A DNA stretch of 64,000 nucleotides, from NCBI GenBank assembly GCA_028534125.1, contig CM052817.1, positions 62,436,001 to 62,500,000 on the forward strand. Direction: 5' to 3'. Below are positions 60,240-64,000 of this stretch, one piece after another (positions within the stretch are counted from its first letter, which is position 1; each line of letters opens with the position of its first letter). The stretch is from Lama glama. Its lineage: Eukaryota. A model generated the notes under the pieces. The model was not told where the DNA came from. It saw only the letters and a list, made by a program, of their open reading frames with translations, and searched no databases. The position numbers and the translations under genes were made by a program.

Positions 60240-63140
60240 GAGAAAAGAGACCCAAGCAAATGTAAACAAATTGAAAGCAAAATATGACACTACTAACATA
60301 AGACAGAACAGAAATTCAAGGACAACATCATTAAATAGGACAAAGCTTTTATTTATACAATAATTAAAGGTACAAGCTGAGAATGATCAATAGTTATAAA
60401 ACTTTATGCACCAAACAATGTACCAAATTGATAAACCCCTAAGAATACAGAGAAGACTATATTAAAGATGTAATTTATAGTGGGTGATATTAATATAATG
60501 CCTCTTTCAGAATTGGACAGATCAAGTTGACAAAAAGAGCTAGGAGAATTATATAATCAATAATTTTGTTTTTATAGATATACATAAATGTTTATATTCT
60601 AGAAAGTGGATTTGCTTTTGTTTTGGAACATATAACAAAAGTTGATTACATATATGTATATATATATATTTGCCAGAAAAAAAAAATCTTACAAGCAAAA
60701 GAGATTATCTTGTGAAAATCTGTGGAGTACATTTGGAATAAAAGGGATATTTCTTAGTAAAATAAACAGAAATTGATGCAAGAAAAGGAAGAAACTGAAA
60801 GACAGATAACCATGGGAAGGATTAGAAGATAAAGAGAAACAAGGTTTTAAAGCCAAATTTTATTTAAGCCTTTAAAAACAATACTCTATATGTTTTTTAA
60901 CTAGTCCATGTTACAGAAAAATATAGAAAATCCCTTAATTTATGTAAGAATTCCTAGATAAACTTAATACCAAAGTATGATAGATTATGTATAAAACTCT
61001 TAATAGAAGTGGAACAAATATTTTTTATAAAACAAGAGCAAAACAAATCTGGACATATGTTAAGAAAAGTAAGACACAGTGACCAGGTATGAAATGCAAA
61101 TGTAGTTCACCACTATGTAGAATATCAGGATATCTCACAACATCAATGTGTCAAAGAAGAAAAAAATATATGAGTGTATTAATAGTTGCTGAGAAGACAT
61201 TGGTAAAATTCAACTACAATTTCTTTTATTTTTTAATTTATTTTTATTTAAAAAAAGTTTTACAGTTTTTAAAGGTTACTTTCCATTCACAGTTACTACA
61301 AAATATTGATTATATTCTCCATGTTGTACAATACATCCTTGAGCCTTTCTTACACTCAATAGTTAGTTTCACCTCGCACTCTCTCACCCCTATATTACCC
61401 TCCTCTCCCCACTGGTAACCGCTACTTTGTTCTCTATATCTGTGAATCAGCTTCTCATTTGTTGTAATCACTAGTTTGTTATATTTTTTAGATTCCGCAT
61501 ATAAATGACATGTACAGTATTTGTCTTTCTCTGTCTGACTTATTTCACTAAACATAATGCCCTCCAAGTCCATCCATTTTGCTTCAAATGGCAAAATTTC
61601 ATTCTTTTTATGGTTGAGTAGTATTCCATTGCAAACCATATCGTCTTTATCCATTCATCTGTTGATGGACACTAAGTTTGCTTCCATATCTTGGCAATTG
61701 TAAATAATGCTGCTATAAACATTGGGGTGCATGCATCTTTTCAAATTAGTGTTTTTGTTTTGTTTTGTTTTGTTTTGTTTTCATATATACTTAGGAGTGG
61801 AATTGCTGGGTCATATGGTAGTTCTATTATTAGTTTTTTGAGAAACCTCCATACTGTTTACTACAGTGGCTGCACCATTTTCCATTTTCACCAACAGTGA
61901 GGAGGGTTCCTTTTTCTTCACATCCTCGCCAACATTGGTTATTTGTGTCCTTTTTGATGATAGCCATTCTAACAGGTATGAGGTGATATCTCATTTTGGT
62001 TTTGATTTGCATTTCCCTGATAATTAACAATATTGGGCATCTTTTCATGTGCCTGTTGGCCATCTGCATTTCCTCTTTGGAAAAGTGTCTATTAAGTTCT
62101 TCTGCCCATTTTTAAATCAGATTGTTTGTTTTTTTGATGTTGAGTTGTATAAGTTGTTTATATCTGTTGGATATCAATCTCTCATAGGTCATATCATTCG
62201 CAAATATTTTCTCCCATTCAGTAGGTTGCCTTTTCATTTTGTCTTTTTCTTTGTCAACTATCACTTCTAACTGAAGCTCCACATAAAGAAGAAATAGAAG
62301 AAAACTACTTAAAATTTTTCTAACAAAAACTAAGAGCAAATATATTAAATTGTAAAATGCCGAAATTACTTCTGTTAAAATTAAGAATAAGACAGTAATA
62401 TCCTTATGACTAATATTGTTCATCATTGTAGTGAAGGTCTTATTTAACAGAAAAATAAAAATTAAATAAATTGTATAAATATTGGACAGAGAATATAATT
62501 TTATTCCAAATTATATAGTTACTAGATTCCACCAAGACTCTACTAAAATATTTTAGAATTAGGATAAATCTGTTTCCTTTATAAAAAATACATGTATTTT
62601 TATATACACAAAGATCAGTAGCTATTTTCTATACTAGCATTAATCACTCAGATATAGAAACAGAAATGATTTTCATTCACAATAGTTTTTAAAAGTATTT
62701 GGATTAAGTGAACTATAAAATCATAGAAATTATAAATTCCTATAGCAGGAATTAAGTAGAATTTCCACAATGGAGAGGTAGAACATATCTCTAGAAAGGT
62801 AATGTCTTAAAGTTGTGAAAACTTCATAAATTGTTATAGAGTTAATATAATTCCGATCAGTATTCTGGTGGTATATTTCAGACTTGAACATCTAAGTTGC
62901 TGTAATAACCAAGAATAATTAGAAAATGTATAGTGGCAGTGATTTACAAAATACTATTACTTACTATATAGGTACTCTATTACAAATAGTATATTGGGAC
63001 AAAATAACTTCCATTAGTAGAGTCAACACTGTGGGAACTTAGGGCATTATTTTGATTTGATGGGAGTGAATGATTTCTGGTTACAACAGTGTCAGACTTC
63101 ATGTCTACAATAAAGACATAAAGAAATACATAAAATATAA
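60240..63140 (+). mobile_element. Ancient L1 (L1ME-like) ORF2 remnant, interrupted by a younger antisense L1
   Basis: EN-like AACTTTATGCACCAAACAA and ATAGTGGGTGATATTAAT; RT-like GCTGAGAAGACATTGGTAAAATTCAA (cf. AEKAFDKIQ); resumes after 62254. Confidence 0.65.
61225..62253 (-). mobile_element. Younger 5'-truncated L1 (ORF2 C-terminus, 3'UTR and tail)
   Basis: Minus ORFs [24 protein letters not shown]...[24 protein letters not shown]...CWRGC, and KKNEILPF...WMDLEGIMFSEISQTEKDKY; degenerate TSD TCAACTACAATTTCT/TCAACTATCACTTCT. Confidence 0.92.
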
Positions 63141-63213
63141 CAAGAGGAAACTAAGAAGACATAGTTCTGCTCAAAACTAAATAAATATCTCTATTAGAAA
63201 CTGGAAAAAAAAT

Positions 63214-63737
63214 TCCTGTTTATCAATATGGCAGCTGGAAGAGGAGGTGGGAAGTCTCTGATGGGAGCACCTGTTGCTTTGTGCAGGAGAAGCTTCTGCC
63301 ATACTATCCACCACAGTGTGTGTGCTAGTTCTTATTAAGATACCTCTGTAGGCACAGGGATCCAGAGGGACTGTAGAGTCAACATCCTCAGGTGCATCCT
63401 GCCAGATGTGTCCATTCCTATTTCCAGGATTTCCTAGCAGGACAGAGACCTGCTTTGGTTGAGATTTCATCTGCGGAGCTTTGAAGCTCTCAAAATTAGA
63501 CCGTCAGGCCACCTTTCATTATGTCCACCTTTCGACTAAGGTGATGAAGGTCTCTTTATAAGCTACCACGTGGGCTTTCTGCTTTTCAAACTTAACAGTT
63601 AACTGCTAGTTAGGAACTCTCATTGTCTCCTTTTCCTTGTAGAGCATCAACACAACCTAGTGGTAACTGGCCAACTCTACTGTCTTGGTCAGCATTGTTC
63701 TCACTATATTTTCCTGCCTAGACAGCATTCTCTTGTT
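63214..63737 (-). mobile_element. ERVL-type internal (gag) remnant, inverted segment
   Basis: Minus ORF SQPKQVSVLLGNPGNRNGHIWQDAPED resembles ERVL gag QPRQVS...WDPxTWNGDVWEDP (recalled). Confidence 0.6.
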
Positions 63738-64000
63738 TTGATAGACAGGATCAAATCCCATCTCAACACAACTGGTGACATGTTGGCATTGATAAAGGAG
63801 AAAAGAGACTATACATCTGTAGAATTATAATTACTAGCTTGCAGGTACCAACAGGAGCCAGGAAAGTACTCTGAAACTGGATGTTAAGAGTACTTGATTA
63901 AAAGACTTGATAGAATGATAGTCTGGAAAGCAAAATTCATTGATTTGGAGACACTTTCTCTGACAGGGGATTTAACACCCTGACAAAAACTTCAAGGGAC
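63738..64000 (+). mobile_element. ERVL-type internal (gag) remnant, runs off the window
   Basis: Plus-strand pieces EKRDYT...RYQQEPG and KFIDLETL...GFNTL resemble ERVL gag (recalled). Confidence 0.65.

Noticed and set aside
1..64000. CRISPR arrays, operons, rRNA or other prokaryote-type systems
   Set aside because: The sequence is clearly mammalian; no regularly spaced repeats, gene clusters or rRNA similarity were seen.

Overview
AT-rich, repeat-dense mammalian genomic DNA, most likely a camelid (alpaca, llama or camel), inferred from tRNA-derived Vic-1-type SINEs. It holds one supportable protein-coding gene: the intronless testis-type pyruvate dehydrogenase E1-alpha retrogene PDHA2 (13261-14439, +). 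The gene has a small CpG-island promoter and an ERV1-type solo LTR just past its 3' end. The rest is a gene desert of L1, L2, MIR, MaLR/ERVL LTRs, hAT/Tigger DNA transposon fossils, microsatellites and a 500-N assembly gap (49029-49528). I found no convincing new multi-gene system. The strongest leads are: (1) unusual substitutions in this PDHA2, notably Cys at the position equivalent to the PDHA1 disease hotspot Arg378; (2) an antisense LTR at the 3' end of PDHA2; (3) readable rearrangement scars, namely a probable L1 3' transduction, a tail-less internal L1 patch inside an older L1, and an inversion inside an ERVL gag with inverted-duplicated breakpoints. Repeat subfamily names and comparisons to human/mouse proteins come from memory of consensus sequences, not from a search, and old-repeat boundaries are approximate.
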